A DNA stretch of 64,000 bases, taken from IMG/VR virus record IMGVR_UViG_3300042731_000990, positions 4,514 to 68,513 of that record, one strand, 5' to 3'. Positions 10,401 to 18,519 of the stretch are shown here, piece after piece; position 1 is the first letter of the stretch, and every line of letters starts with the position of its first letter. The notes below the pieces were generated by a model. It was given only the letters and a program-made list of their open reading frames with translations. It did not search any database and had not been told where the DNA came from. The position numbers and the translations under genes are program-made. The DNA comes from a virus.

Positions 10401-11782
10401 ATGGTGTTGTAAGAAGAGCTTATGATGTTATTTCTGGTAAAGAAGCTCCTTATAGGTTACCTTCTAATATAGCAAATGCTCCATCAATGGAGGGTAAGAA
10501 CCCTGATAACTTTACGTGTATTGGTGGGGTTTGTTCTTTATATAAAGATGAAGGTGTTTTGGATCAGGTTATTACTAGTAACACAGAGTTTGCCAGAACT
10601 GCTTATAATTCTGGTTTTAGTAGAAAGTCTACACGATTAGAAAATCTAAAACCTGGAGACGTGATTCAGCACTATGGTAGAAATAATAATGAGGGTACTC
10701 CTATTCCTACACATGCTCAAATGTTTTTAGGTCTTGATGACGATGGTAACTATTTATTTTTTGATAACTATGAACGTACTGCTTCTAGGGCACCTAGCGA
10801 TAACAAAAGAGATGCTCTAAGAACTTACAGTCCTGAGAAAATGCAAAGCTTTGTTGAGAAAGGTAAAGCAGGTAAGTTAAATGGAGTTGCCTTTTACCAC
10901 TTGAATAAAGAGGATGCTTATGATCCTGAAGAACAAGTTAGAAGAGCTAGAGCTCAAGCTAATAAACAAAGACGTTTACCTGGTGAATTATATATAGATG
11001 AGCAGTATGATGGTAAAGATTACGATCAAGAAATACAGAGCTCTCAAGATGTACCATATATCTATAGAGGTAAAAAAGACGGGAGTGATTTTGAAAATGA
11101 TCTAGTAGGTTTATTCAACAATTCAGAAATGGATGAAAGAATGAAATCTACATTTGGTATTACAGAGCAAACGTTAAATGATATTAAACCTATTGTTTAT
11201 GGTATCATATCTCAAGAATCTAATATGGATAGAGGCGCTAGATTTGAAGGTGCTGAAGGTCTTTTAGATAAAACTAGAAAACGTGGTAGACAGATTAAAT
11301 ATAAGCTTGAAAATATTATAGCTCCTACAGGGGTTGGAGATTTATCATACGGTCCTGGTTCTGTAAGATGGAGTGGATTAAGACGTGGTGCTAAAAAACA
11401 AATAGGTAAACGCAAAAACATGACCACCCCTGAAGGTTCTTACTTTGCTATAGTTGACCTCCTTTTACAAAGTGCAAATTTAGGTGAACGTTACGTTGGT
11501 GAAGACTTAAATCCTGATTTGTTAGATAAGAACCCGTGGTATCCTGCTTTATATGCTTATAATGGTCAGATGTCTGGTAGCAGAAAAGGAAAGACCTGGG
11601 GTCTTAAGAAAGGATATACTTTTGATGGCTCAAGTTATTCTGCAGATCCTGGAAGCTATCCTGATAAAGTACAAGGGTATGCTAATCAACTTCAGAGATT
11701 TGTACCTATTGATTGGGAGCCAACTCCAGATAATTATTACGACCCTAGATTTGTACCAGTGGTCAAGCCTAAAGCCAAGTAG
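7484..11782 (+). CDS. Multidomain virion-associated peptidoglycan hydrolase/cargo polyprotein (2x NlpC/P60-like, LysM, SLT, cell-wall-binding and basic modules)
   Basis: LysM 'YTVRPGDTFNGIA...NKIQVGQVL'; SLT 'QESKFNPNAKSPKGYKGFTQI...AAYNWGPG'; two Cys...PGD(I/V)IQ...His modules; 'YTGTAKQN' binding module. Confidence 0.8.
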   Translation: MRKKFDYRFDKGLPGGANQVKGRVKGSVTQTGYKRNSPDVNNDFNIIPSPYITMVGVDFPVYGEDNLGNGQMMYPGNEYMFPGDYVTELPAFGKGGLKQWFAEKWVDVKTGKECGRSGKDKNGRPYPACRPSRRVNETTPKTTSEMSASEKAKFKRKKTSGKRIDYNHKRAQYGGRQGDVFQEVDTYIKPGQRIQPNWAQSPVSVTNYTFGKNLVDDEPRFSLGLQGTDILDEIKYRADAIGSIGIGVGNRKGKSFRPAGENLRAGLRGQASWQGVPGNAIENLFGRRSGLDWRGSFEGEAGLAYANGAVRPYMSVMPQTNVFLNDNLSLGIGYEMRGRYDKNFDEPVYGNTDTGSIAPISQRDGYSGMGRGAARFSLNYDLGNGDFIEGYYAKPDPLYQGSMPGVREMLALESEQPRFGVRLRKSFKQGGQLPKAQQGKKIADVANQMVLNGEDGTRPPLNIIDNMVALFDEDGVCRDNTCVNVVKDIYNRAGYNVIPEGVYNNRAFKDDYDSYGLQLVAPQNKGRYILDDLQPGDIIQYRHDSNSGGALGKEGYPFHLGVYTENGQYVSDGSKDDPIKKQSVFYYDDGTSKPPFDVFRLKQLGGSIPKAQGGIYTVRPGDTFNGIANSTGIGQEALRVANPGIDYNKIQVGQVLAAPGLMGPQTPPVEAQTKTKKKKTTGNLSFNDLLYRQAYQESKFNPNAKSPKGYKGFTQIGSGIMQDYAKATGDTRTNPYDPDYAIAVQKWAMDKYLNNTGWIKGSDKVKQAKALAAYNWGPGNTLKYLNAQKEKGTDIYADDLSWVSGMPKETRDYIDHILGLEYPTKDKWEANFQRDTTDSPYSKYYKQQGGETLYDYVKGLGYSPTFANRKKIFADYFDTEYTGTAKQNIELLNQLKSGKLNINEYAQRADVQPVREAVIQQPALAPQPSVSSEAVRGTVMNPTPAPETTAEPVSSYRGATSLTTDDDLQKIRDGVVRRAYDVISGKEAPYRLPSNIANAPSMEGKNPDNFTCIGGVCSLYKDEGVLDQVITSNTEFARTAYNSGFSRKSTRLENLKPGDVIQHYGRNNNEGTPIPTHAQMFLGLDDDGNYLFFDNYERTASRAPSDNKRDALRTYSPEKMQSFVEKGKAGKLNGVAFYHLNKEDAYDPEEQVRRARAQANKQRRLPGELYIDEQYDGKDYDQEIQSSQDVPYIYRGKKDGSDFENDLVGLFNNSEMDERMKSTFGITEQTLNDIKPIVYGIISQESNMDRGARFEGAEGLLDKTRKRGRQIKYKLENIIAPTGVGDLSYGPGSVRWSGLRRGAKKQIGKRKNMTTPEGSYFAIVDLLLQSANLGERYVGEDLNPDLLDKNPWYPALYAYNGQMSGSRKGKTWGLKKGYTFDGSSYSADPGSYPDKVQGYANQLQRFVPIDWEPTPDNYYDPRFVPVVKPKAK

Positions 11783-11807
11783 AATATGGTATTCTCCTAT
11801 AAATTTT

Positions 11808-11823
11808 GTATATTATAAATGAG
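11808..11823 (+). promoter_or_regulatory. Putative phage late-promoter motif GTATATTATAAATGAG
   Basis: Intergenic, 15 nt before ATG 11839; matches the recurring motif. Confidence 0.5.
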
Positions 11824-11838
11824 ATATAGTAACTAGTT

Positions 11839-13293
11839 ATGTCAAAGAATGTCCCCACTAATAAGAAGCTTTATGCTAGAGTAAAAGCAGAAGCTAAAAG
11901 AAAATTTGATAGATGGCCTTCTGCTTATGGTTCTGCCTGGCTTGTAAGAGAATACAAGAAACGTGGTGGTGGTTACCGTAAAGCTGAAATGGGTATGGAA
12001 GTAGAGAACCCTTATGCTGATATGTATAGTGTAGGTGGTGGTATTATGACTGGTGATTATGAAATGGGTTATGGGGGCATGCCTGAATATGGTTACGGTG
12101 GTCAAGAATACTCTGAAGGTGGTATGCCTGAATATAAAAAAGGTGGAGGTATTCCTCAACGTTATAGAAATTTAGGTTTTACTAAAGTAGGTGCTAAGAA
12201 AAAGTCTACACGTCCTGGTAAAAAATGGATGGTGCTTGCCAAGAAAGGTGATAAGTATAAAATTGTTCACGGTGGTGATAGCAACATGAAAGATTTTAAA
12301 CAACACGGTTCTGCTAAAAGAAAGAAAAGATTTTGGGATAGAATGGGTGGAAGAAATTCTGCTAAAGCTAAAGATCCGTTTAGCCCACTATACTGGCACA
12401 AAAGATTTGGCACATGGGCTGAAGGTGGTGAAATGGAATTTGAACCACACATGATGTATGATCCTGAAACAGGTAAAGGTTACATGGCTGAGAAATACGA
12501 AGACCATCTTAAAATGGATAAGATGGGTTTTGGACATGAAGCTCCTGAAATGGGTTATGGTGGTTACCAATATGGTAACGGTGGTTATAAGTATGCTAAA
12601 GGTGGTATAAATAATCCAGGCTTTAGAGCACTACCTCCAGAAGTACAAGATAAGATTAGAGCCAACATGAAGATGGGAGGTATGCCTTGTTATGAATGTG
12701 GTGGTTATGCTGAAGATGGTACTACTGTGGGTGTCCCTACTAAATCTATTTTTGGTCAAGCTCAAGGTGCTGAGCTTATGGATATAATTCCACCTCAAGG
12801 TTATGGAGAAGGTATGTCTGTATTTGGTAGACAGTTTGAAACTCCGGCTGAAAGTTATGGTAATGCTTTTGCTAATAAATACACTAGTGGTTATTTATTT
12901 AGAAATGGTAAATTTAACCCAACCTTACAAATTAATGATCCTAAGAGTGATTCTACTTTACAATTAGGTTTAGCAGATGCAGCTAATGCAATTACTGGTG
13001 TAGGAGCATTTATGGGTAGACGTGCTAAAGAATCACGTCAGTTACAAGATAATAAGAGACGCCAGTTTACTGATAACTTATATGATCCTATTAGAGCTGG
13101 TGAAATGGGTTCACGTGGTGATTACAATATCTCAGGTCAGTTTAGACCAGATAGAGTAGCTAACTGGAATCCTTATATGGCTGAGTCATTTAATACTACT
13201 CCTTTCTATCAAGAAGGTGGTGTAATGGAAATGTCAGACGCAGAGATAGAAAGACTAAGAGCAATGGGTGCAGACATTGAAATACTAGATTAA
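11839..13293 (+). CDS. Gly-Gly-repeat cargo protein containing small basic domains
   Basis: 484 aa; more than 12 hydrophobic-x-x-GG motifs; two K/R-rich modules. Confidence 0.7.
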   Translation: MSKNVPTNKKLYARVKAEAKRKFDRWPSAYGSAWLVREYKKRGGGYRKAEMGMEVENPYADMYSVGGGIMTGDYEMGYGGMPEYGYGGQEYSEGGMPEYKKGGGIPQRYRNLGFTKVGAKKKSTRPGKKWMVLAKKGDKYKIVHGGDSNMKDFKQHGSAKRKKRFWDRMGGRNSAKAKDPFSPLYWHKRFGTWAEGGEMEFEPHMMYDPETGKGYMAEKYEDHLKMDKMGFGHEAPEMGYGGYQYGNGGYKYAKGGINNPGFRALPPEVQDKIRANMKMGGMPCYECGGYAEDGTTVGVPTKSIFGQAQGAELMDIIPPQGYGEGMSVFGRQFETPAESYGNAFANKYTSGYLFRNGKFNPTLQINDPKSDSTLQLGLADAANAITGVGAFMGRRAKESRQLQDNKRRQFTDNLYDPIRAGEMGSRGDYNISGQFRPDRVANWNPYMAESFNTTPFYQEGGVMEMSDAEIERLRAMGADIEILD

Positions 13294-13294
13294 G

Positions 13295-15682
13295 ATGAAA
13301 AGAAAAGTTAAAATTAATAAGCTACCTAAAGGGTACATGCAAGAAGGAGGATCTGTTAATAAGACCCTTCAACCTGTACCTAGAGAGGAAGCTAACCTTG
13401 AAGCAGAAAAAGGTGAAGTAGCTTTGCTTAAACAAGGTGGTGAACCAATGACATATAACATTGGTGGTAAACGTCACTCTGAAGGTGGTACACCTCTTAA
13501 TCTAGAACCAGGCAGTAGAATTTTTTCTGATACTAAGAAGATGAAAATTAAGGATAAGAATATCCTTGCTGAGTTTGGTGCTACTAAACCTGCTACTCCT
13601 GCTAAGTTAGCTAAGAAGTATAATGTAAATGATTATCAAGCTTCTTTGGCTAATCCGTTTGCTGATGATATTGAAAAGAATACTGCACGTATGATGATTG
13701 ATAAGAATGAAGAAAAGTTAGATAACTTGTTCTTTGTTCAAGAAGCTAAGAAAGGATTTCCACAAGGTGTTCCTGGGCAGCAGATGAGTCAAGCAGGTAT
13801 GATGGCTAAGTATGGTGCAGAGTTACCAAAAGCTCAAGAAGGTGCAAGAGCAGGTTCTTCTTTAGCAGAAAGAGAAAAAAAGCTTCAAGAATTAGAGTAT
13901 CAAAGAAAAATGGTTTCTTCAAATCCTAATTTGACAGCTGTTGAAAAAGACAAACAAATGACTGAGCTTAATAGAGCAATAGCTATAGAGGCCCAGTACA
14001 TTGGTAAAATGAGACAAGAACCTGCAGCACCTCAATCTACTGAAGAGGATCCTGCTACGTCTAGTCCAACTTTTCAATGGACTAAACCTAGTCAAAATTT
14101 TGGTGATGCTATGTTTGGAGATCCTACTGCTAATTTTCCTCAAACACCAGTCTTACCATTTGATACAACTCCATATCAAGTAACACCTCCTGCATCTACA
14201 GAACCTTCATCTGCTGGTTCAGGAAGTTCTAACACATCTTCTACAAGTTCTAGTAATAGAGATTCTCAAAGTAGAGATCCTAGAATGTACGGTAGTATAG
14301 AAGCTTATGAAGGTAGTCGTGCCAATACACCTACAGGACAATCTAACAGATTTGATTACGGAAATCAATTTTTTGACAGATGGGCTACTGTAATTCCTGG
14401 CATTACAGAAATGACTAATAAAGAAGCACAGAGAGCCACTTATGAGTATATATTAAAAAACAATCCGGAGCAAGCTGCAGAAATGTGGAAAGCATTTGGA
14501 TTAACTAAAGCAGGTTTTGCAGATCCTGAACTGGCTGCTAAATATAAGGATGGTATAATTAGTGGTGATCTTACATTAGAAGATTTACAAGCTTTAGAAA
14601 AAGCTTATGTAGATGGTTATTTTGGAGCAAGACAAATGTTACCGGAAGAACCTACTCTCATACCTCCTCCTCCAAAGACCCCTCCTACAGAGATCCCTCC
14701 CACAGAGATTCCTCCTCTCACACCTCCTAGAGTAAGAGATCCTAAACCATTTGAACAGGATCTTAGAAATGAAAGATTGATTGGTAGAAACAGAATGTCA
14801 GAACGTTTACGTTTACCTTGGAGAGGTAGACTAAGAGCACGTACTGCAGATCCTACATACCAATCTGATGTTCAGCAACAGCAGAATCTTTTATCTGGTT
14901 TAAATACTGCATCAGAAGCTGCATCTACGTTTGGTGCTAATCCTGGTGCTGTAATGTCTAACGTAGCTAGGTTATCAGGTCTTACCGGTACAGAGTCTAA
15001 CAAGATTGCAGCTGCTCTACAAAGAGAGAATACGGGTATAGCTAATACATTTGAACAGTTTAATGCTAAAGAACAATCAGCTACTGATGTACGTAACATG
15101 GCAAATGCTCAAGACCTTTATGACAATACAGTTAAGGCTCAGGAAGTATTTGATGAAAAAATGAGACGTTATAACATTTTAGGTACTGCTGCTCGTAATG
15201 CTACGGATACTAACCTTGCACGTATTAAAGCAATGAATAAGTTAAATCCTTTGTTTACTATTAACACAGGGTTAGGTCCTCAGTTTGGTGATATTCAGTT
15301 TCAACCAGGTGTATCTGCAGCTATGTTTGATCCAAATCAAGCAAGTGCTTCTGAAAGTAGAAAAGAATACTTAAAAGGATTTAGACAACAAATCTTAGAA
15401 GATCCTTCTTATGGTGATTCAGATAAAAGAATAGATCTTTTGAAGAAGATAGATGAAGAGTTGATGGGTTTAGGAACTAACTCTTCTGCTAATAATCTTC
15501 AGCAACAAGCTGCTCAAATGTATGGAGCAGGAATGCAAGGTGTAGGTTTTGCTATGCCTGGTATGAATCCATTTGCTGTAGGTATTAATCCTGGATATGG
15601 TAATCCATATATGAATCCTTACGGAATGGGTATGAGATCTCCATATGGATTTAGATATGGAGGAAGATATGATGAGGAATAA
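13295..15682 (+). CDS. Putative virion cargo/ejection protein
   Basis: 795 aa; N-terminal 'NLEAEKGE...GKRHSEGG...RIFSD' module; P/S/T-rich linkers; G/M/Y/N/P-rich C-terminus. Confidence 0.65.
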   Translation: MKRKVKINKLPKGYMQEGGSVNKTLQPVPREEANLEAEKGEVALLKQGGEPMTYNIGGKRHSEGGTPLNLEPGSRIFSDTKKMKIKDKNILAEFGATKPATPAKLAKKYNVNDYQASLANPFADDIEKNTARMMIDKNEEKLDNLFFVQEAKKGFPQGVPGQQMSQAGMMAKYGAELPKAQEGARAGSSLAEREKKLQELEYQRKMVSSNPNLTAVEKDKQMTELNRAIAIEAQYIGKMRQEPAAPQSTEEDPATSSPTFQWTKPSQNFGDAMFGDPTANFPQTPVLPFDTTPYQVTPPASTEPSSAGSGSSNTSSTSSSNRDSQSRDPRMYGSIEAYEGSRANTPTGQSNRFDYGNQFFDRWATVIPGITEMTNKEAQRATYEYILKNNPEQAAEMWKAFGLTKAGFADPELAAKYKDGIISGDLTLEDLQALEKAYVDGYFGARQMLPEEPTLIPPPPKTPPTEIPPTEIPPLTPPRVRDPKPFEQDLRNERLIGRNRMSERLRLPWRGRLRARTADPTYQSDVQQQQNLLSGLNTASEAASTFGANPGAVMSNVARLSGLTGTESNKIAAALQRENTGIANTFEQFNAKEQSATDVRNMANAQDLYDNTVKAQEVFDEKMRRYNILGTAARNATDTNLARIKAMNKLNPLFTINTGLGPQFGDIQFQPGVSAAMFDPNQASASESRKEYLKGFRQQILEDPSYGDSDKRIDLLKKIDEELMGLGTNSSANNLQQQAAQMYGAGMQGVGFAMPGMNPFAVGINPGYGNPYMNPYGMGMRSPYGFRYGGRYDEE
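14681..14716 (+). repeat. 15-bp coding tandem repeat (PPTEI x2+)
   Basis: cctcctacagagatc / cctcccacagagatt / cctcct. Confidence 0.7.
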
Positions 15683-15690
15683 CCTTATCA

Positions 15691-15707
15691 TAAACCTTAT
15701 AAGTTTA
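15691..15707. promoter_or_regulatory. Imperfect palindrome TAAACCTTATAAGTTTA (putative protein-binding site)
   Basis: Related palindrome at 36856-36872; both are intergenic and upstream of the promoter-like motif. Confidence 0.4.
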
Positions 15708-15728
15708 AAAAACTTTAAAGATTTTTTA

Positions 15729-15744
15729 GTATCTTTTTAGTGTA
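15729..15744 (+). promoter_or_regulatory. Putative phage late-promoter motif GTATCTTTTTAGTGTA
   Basis: Matches the copy at 42051 at 15 of 16 positions; 13 nt before ATG 15758. Confidence 0.55.
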
Positions 15745-15757
15745 AGATCAATTACAT

Positions 15758-18514
15758 ATGGCATCATATATTGACAACATAAATGCAAACGCTGCTGTAG
15801 CTGCACCACAAGCCTTTACACCTGATTGGTCGTTTTTAGGTAAAACTCAAACGGCTCTTACAGATATGCAACGTAAAGGCTTTGAAGACTTTAGAAGCAA
15901 GTACAGCACGTTTTTAAATTCAGAGTTGTCTAGAGAAGATAATATTGCATTACGTGAGCGTTTTAAAAAACAAGCTGATCAAACAATCTCTAGAATTACT
16001 GGTACAGATCTTACAGATCCAAGAAATGTAGCTTCTGCTAAAGGTATTTTTAAACCATTAGTAGAAAATTCTCTATATACCAAAGACATTATGACTACCA
16101 AAGCTCTGCGTCAAGAGTATATGAAGGGTCAAAGTCTTATGAATGCAGCAGACGAAAGAGTTAGAGCTGCTTATAATCCTTACAGTATTCAAGAGATTCA
16201 GTATGCAATGCAAGATTTTCAAAATATGGATCCTGAAGCTGCTTTATCTTTTAGTGCCCCTCGTTACATTAACAATGTAGATTTAGAAGGATTGGCTCAA
16301 AAGTATTATGATGAAAGAGGTTGGGAAACTGTAATGGAAACCTATGATGGTAGTGGTTTATACAAGATTACTACTAAGAATGGTGAAATTATTAGAGAAG
16401 ATGTAAATAGATACTTACAGTCTAGGTTTGCTAACGATCCTTTAATTCAAGCAAACCTTGCATTAAAATCTAGAGTAGAAAGAAGAAATTATGTAGAAGC
16501 TAATCTAGATAATTTTGGAGGTGATAGAACTGCTGCAACTGCTGCATACTTACGTACTAGATATGATGAGTTAAGTACAGAAGCTCAAGAAGTTTTAGCA
16601 GAAAGAAATAATTACATCAAGTCTTTATCGTACGCAAAAGAAGAAATAGAAGAGTCTGTTGAAAGAAATGGAGCTCCTGTTTCTGAGTATCAACAGAATC
16701 TATATAATGACCTCATGACTAAGTACGAAGCTGCTGAAGAAGAAGCTAATACTGTTGATGGTGTAAAGCCTTTAAATCTTTCTGAGAATCCTACTCAAGC
16801 AGAGATACTAGGTGCTATATCTATGATAGATCAATTAGAATTTAATTCTGAAGTTGCTGTAATTGCTAATAGCCTTGCATACAGTAAAGCTGAAACTAAA
16901 ATTGATGATAGTCTTAAGAAAGTTCAGCTTACAGCAGATCTGCAAATGCGTAACATGTATGCACGTGTTCAAGCAGAACATGAAAGTAAAGTAGCTCTTA
17001 AGATGCTAGAGTTAGAAATGCAAGGTATGATGCAGGGTGGTATACAAAACACACCTATAAATATTGGAAATAGTAATGCTATACCGGAAGGTGCAGATGG
17101 TGTTGCTTATGTAGAATATAACCAGGGAACTGTTGATAATTATGCTATTCAAAGCAGACAAAATGGAGCTATGGCTATTGCACAATGGGCTGCTTTAACC
17201 GGTACAGTAATTACAGATGCAGAAGGCAATCCTATTGCGGATGAAAACATTGTTGGTTTATCTCAAGATAAATATAATGAGTATTTAGAAAAGGCTAGAG
17301 TAGTTTCTGAAAGTGGTACAAGATTAAAAAATGCAGATGGTACTGTAAACCAAGATGCTTTAGCATTAAATGCAACACTTGCTAACTACGATAAATCTAA
17401 ACTTGTATATGAAGAGGTCTTAAAGTTTGAAACTGAAAATATTTTAAATGCATTAGATTCATATAACCCGGGTGATGATGAGGTTAAGCAATTTACTTTA
17501 GGTATTATTAGAGAAATTGTTAATGACGGCTTTATTACTCCAGATCTTATTAAGGCTGAGTATGAAAAAAGAGTAAATGATCCTACTTTCATGGATAGAA
17601 TGAATTCTATTCCTCCATTTGGTAACCCTTTTAATCTTTTGGGTGCTATTGGAGATTATTTCTTTGATGATAGAGAAGATCGTTGGGAAGAAGTAATGGA
17701 AGATAAGGGTGGTGTATACGATATGTATAGTCGTAATGCTAAAGATATTAGTGGTGTTATGATGGGTGTAGATGCTACCGTAGGTGGTTTATCACGTGTT
17801 GGTACTAATCTAGGATATGCTTCAACTAAAGGTGGTCAGGTTAATTCAGTAATCAATATGGCTTTACAAGGAGTTAATCAGGATATGGGTACAGTTGTTA
17901 TAGGAGATATTCCAACAACTTTATCTGAAAATTCTCCTGCTTCTGACAAAGGTTCTGAAATTTTAAGAGCTATCACAACCAGACTAAATACATCTACAGG
18001 TAAAGGTGCTCCTAGAAACATGAGCGTTAGTATTTATAGAGATCCTTCAACAGGTAAACAATACTTAAATATTATTCCTGATCCGGCAACTATTAAAGAG
18101 CTTACAGGAACTAAAGCAAACAAAGGCGTTGCTTATGGTCAGGGAGAGGACCTGGCATTAAATGGTATTACTGTAAGACTAGAAAACGCAGGTGTTTTAC
18201 CTGAGTCTGTATATTCTATGACTACTAGTAATGTAGAAACATATATGAATCTTAATAAAGGTGCTTATACTGTTGGAGGTGATAATCCTATGCAAGGAGG
18301 TAAGATTGTAATTACCAAGTCTAGTACGGGTTATGATTATAAAGGTTATATTTGGTTGTATAAGCCTGAGTTGAATAAACATATTAAGCAACCTTTGGAC
18401 GCAGCTACTATTAAAAAACTTAAAGAAAGTGGTGATTCAGTAGATGCTATAGTTCAAAATTTAGAGCAACAATTACAAACTGTTGCAATAAGTAATATTA
18501 AAGAGCAAAACTAA
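15758..18514 (+). CDS. Large virion cargo protein preceding the virion RNAP
   Basis: 918 aa, predominantly helical/coiled; position equivalent to the gene upstream of the RNAP in crAss-like phages. Confidence 0.6.
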   Translation: MASYIDNINANAAVAAPQAFTPDWSFLGKTQTALTDMQRKGFEDFRSKYSTFLNSELSREDNIALRERFKKQADQTISRITGTDLTDPRNVASAKGIFKPLVENSLYTKDIMTTKALRQEYMKGQSLMNAADERVRAAYNPYSIQEIQYAMQDFQNMDPEAALSFSAPRYINNVDLEGLAQKYYDERGWETVMETYDGSGLYKITTKNGEIIREDVNRYLQSRFANDPLIQANLALKSRVERRNYVEANLDNFGGDRTAATAAYLRTRYDELSTEAQEVLAERNNYIKSLSYAKEEIEESVERNGAPVSEYQQNLYNDLMTKYEAAEEEANTVDGVKPLNLSENPTQAEILGAISMIDQLEFNSEVAVIANSLAYSKAETKIDDSLKKVQLTADLQMRNMYARVQAEHESKVALKMLELEMQGMMQGGIQNTPINIGNSNAIPEGADGVAYVEYNQGTVDNYAIQSRQNGAMAIAQWAALTGTVITDAEGNPIADENIVGLSQDKYNEYLEKARVVSESGTRLKNADGTVNQDALALNATLANYDKSKLVYEEVLKFETENILNALDSYNPGDDEVKQFTLGIIREIVNDGFITPDLIKAEYEKRVNDPTFMDRMNSIPPFGNPFNLLGAIGDYFFDDREDRWEEVMEDKGGVYDMYSRNAKDISGVMMGVDATVGGLSRVGTNLGYASTKGGQVNSVINMALQGVNQDMGTVVIGDIPTTLSENSPASDKGSEILRAITTRLNTSTGKGAPRNMSVSIYRDPSTGKQYLNIIPDPATIKELTGTKANKGVAYGQGEDLALNGITVRLENAGVLPESVYSMTTSNVETYMNLNKGAYTVGGDNPMQGGKIVITKSSTGYDYKGYIWLYKPELNKHIKQPLDAATIKKLKESGDSVDAIVQNLEQQLQTVAISNIKEQN

Positions 18515-18519
18515 TTGGT

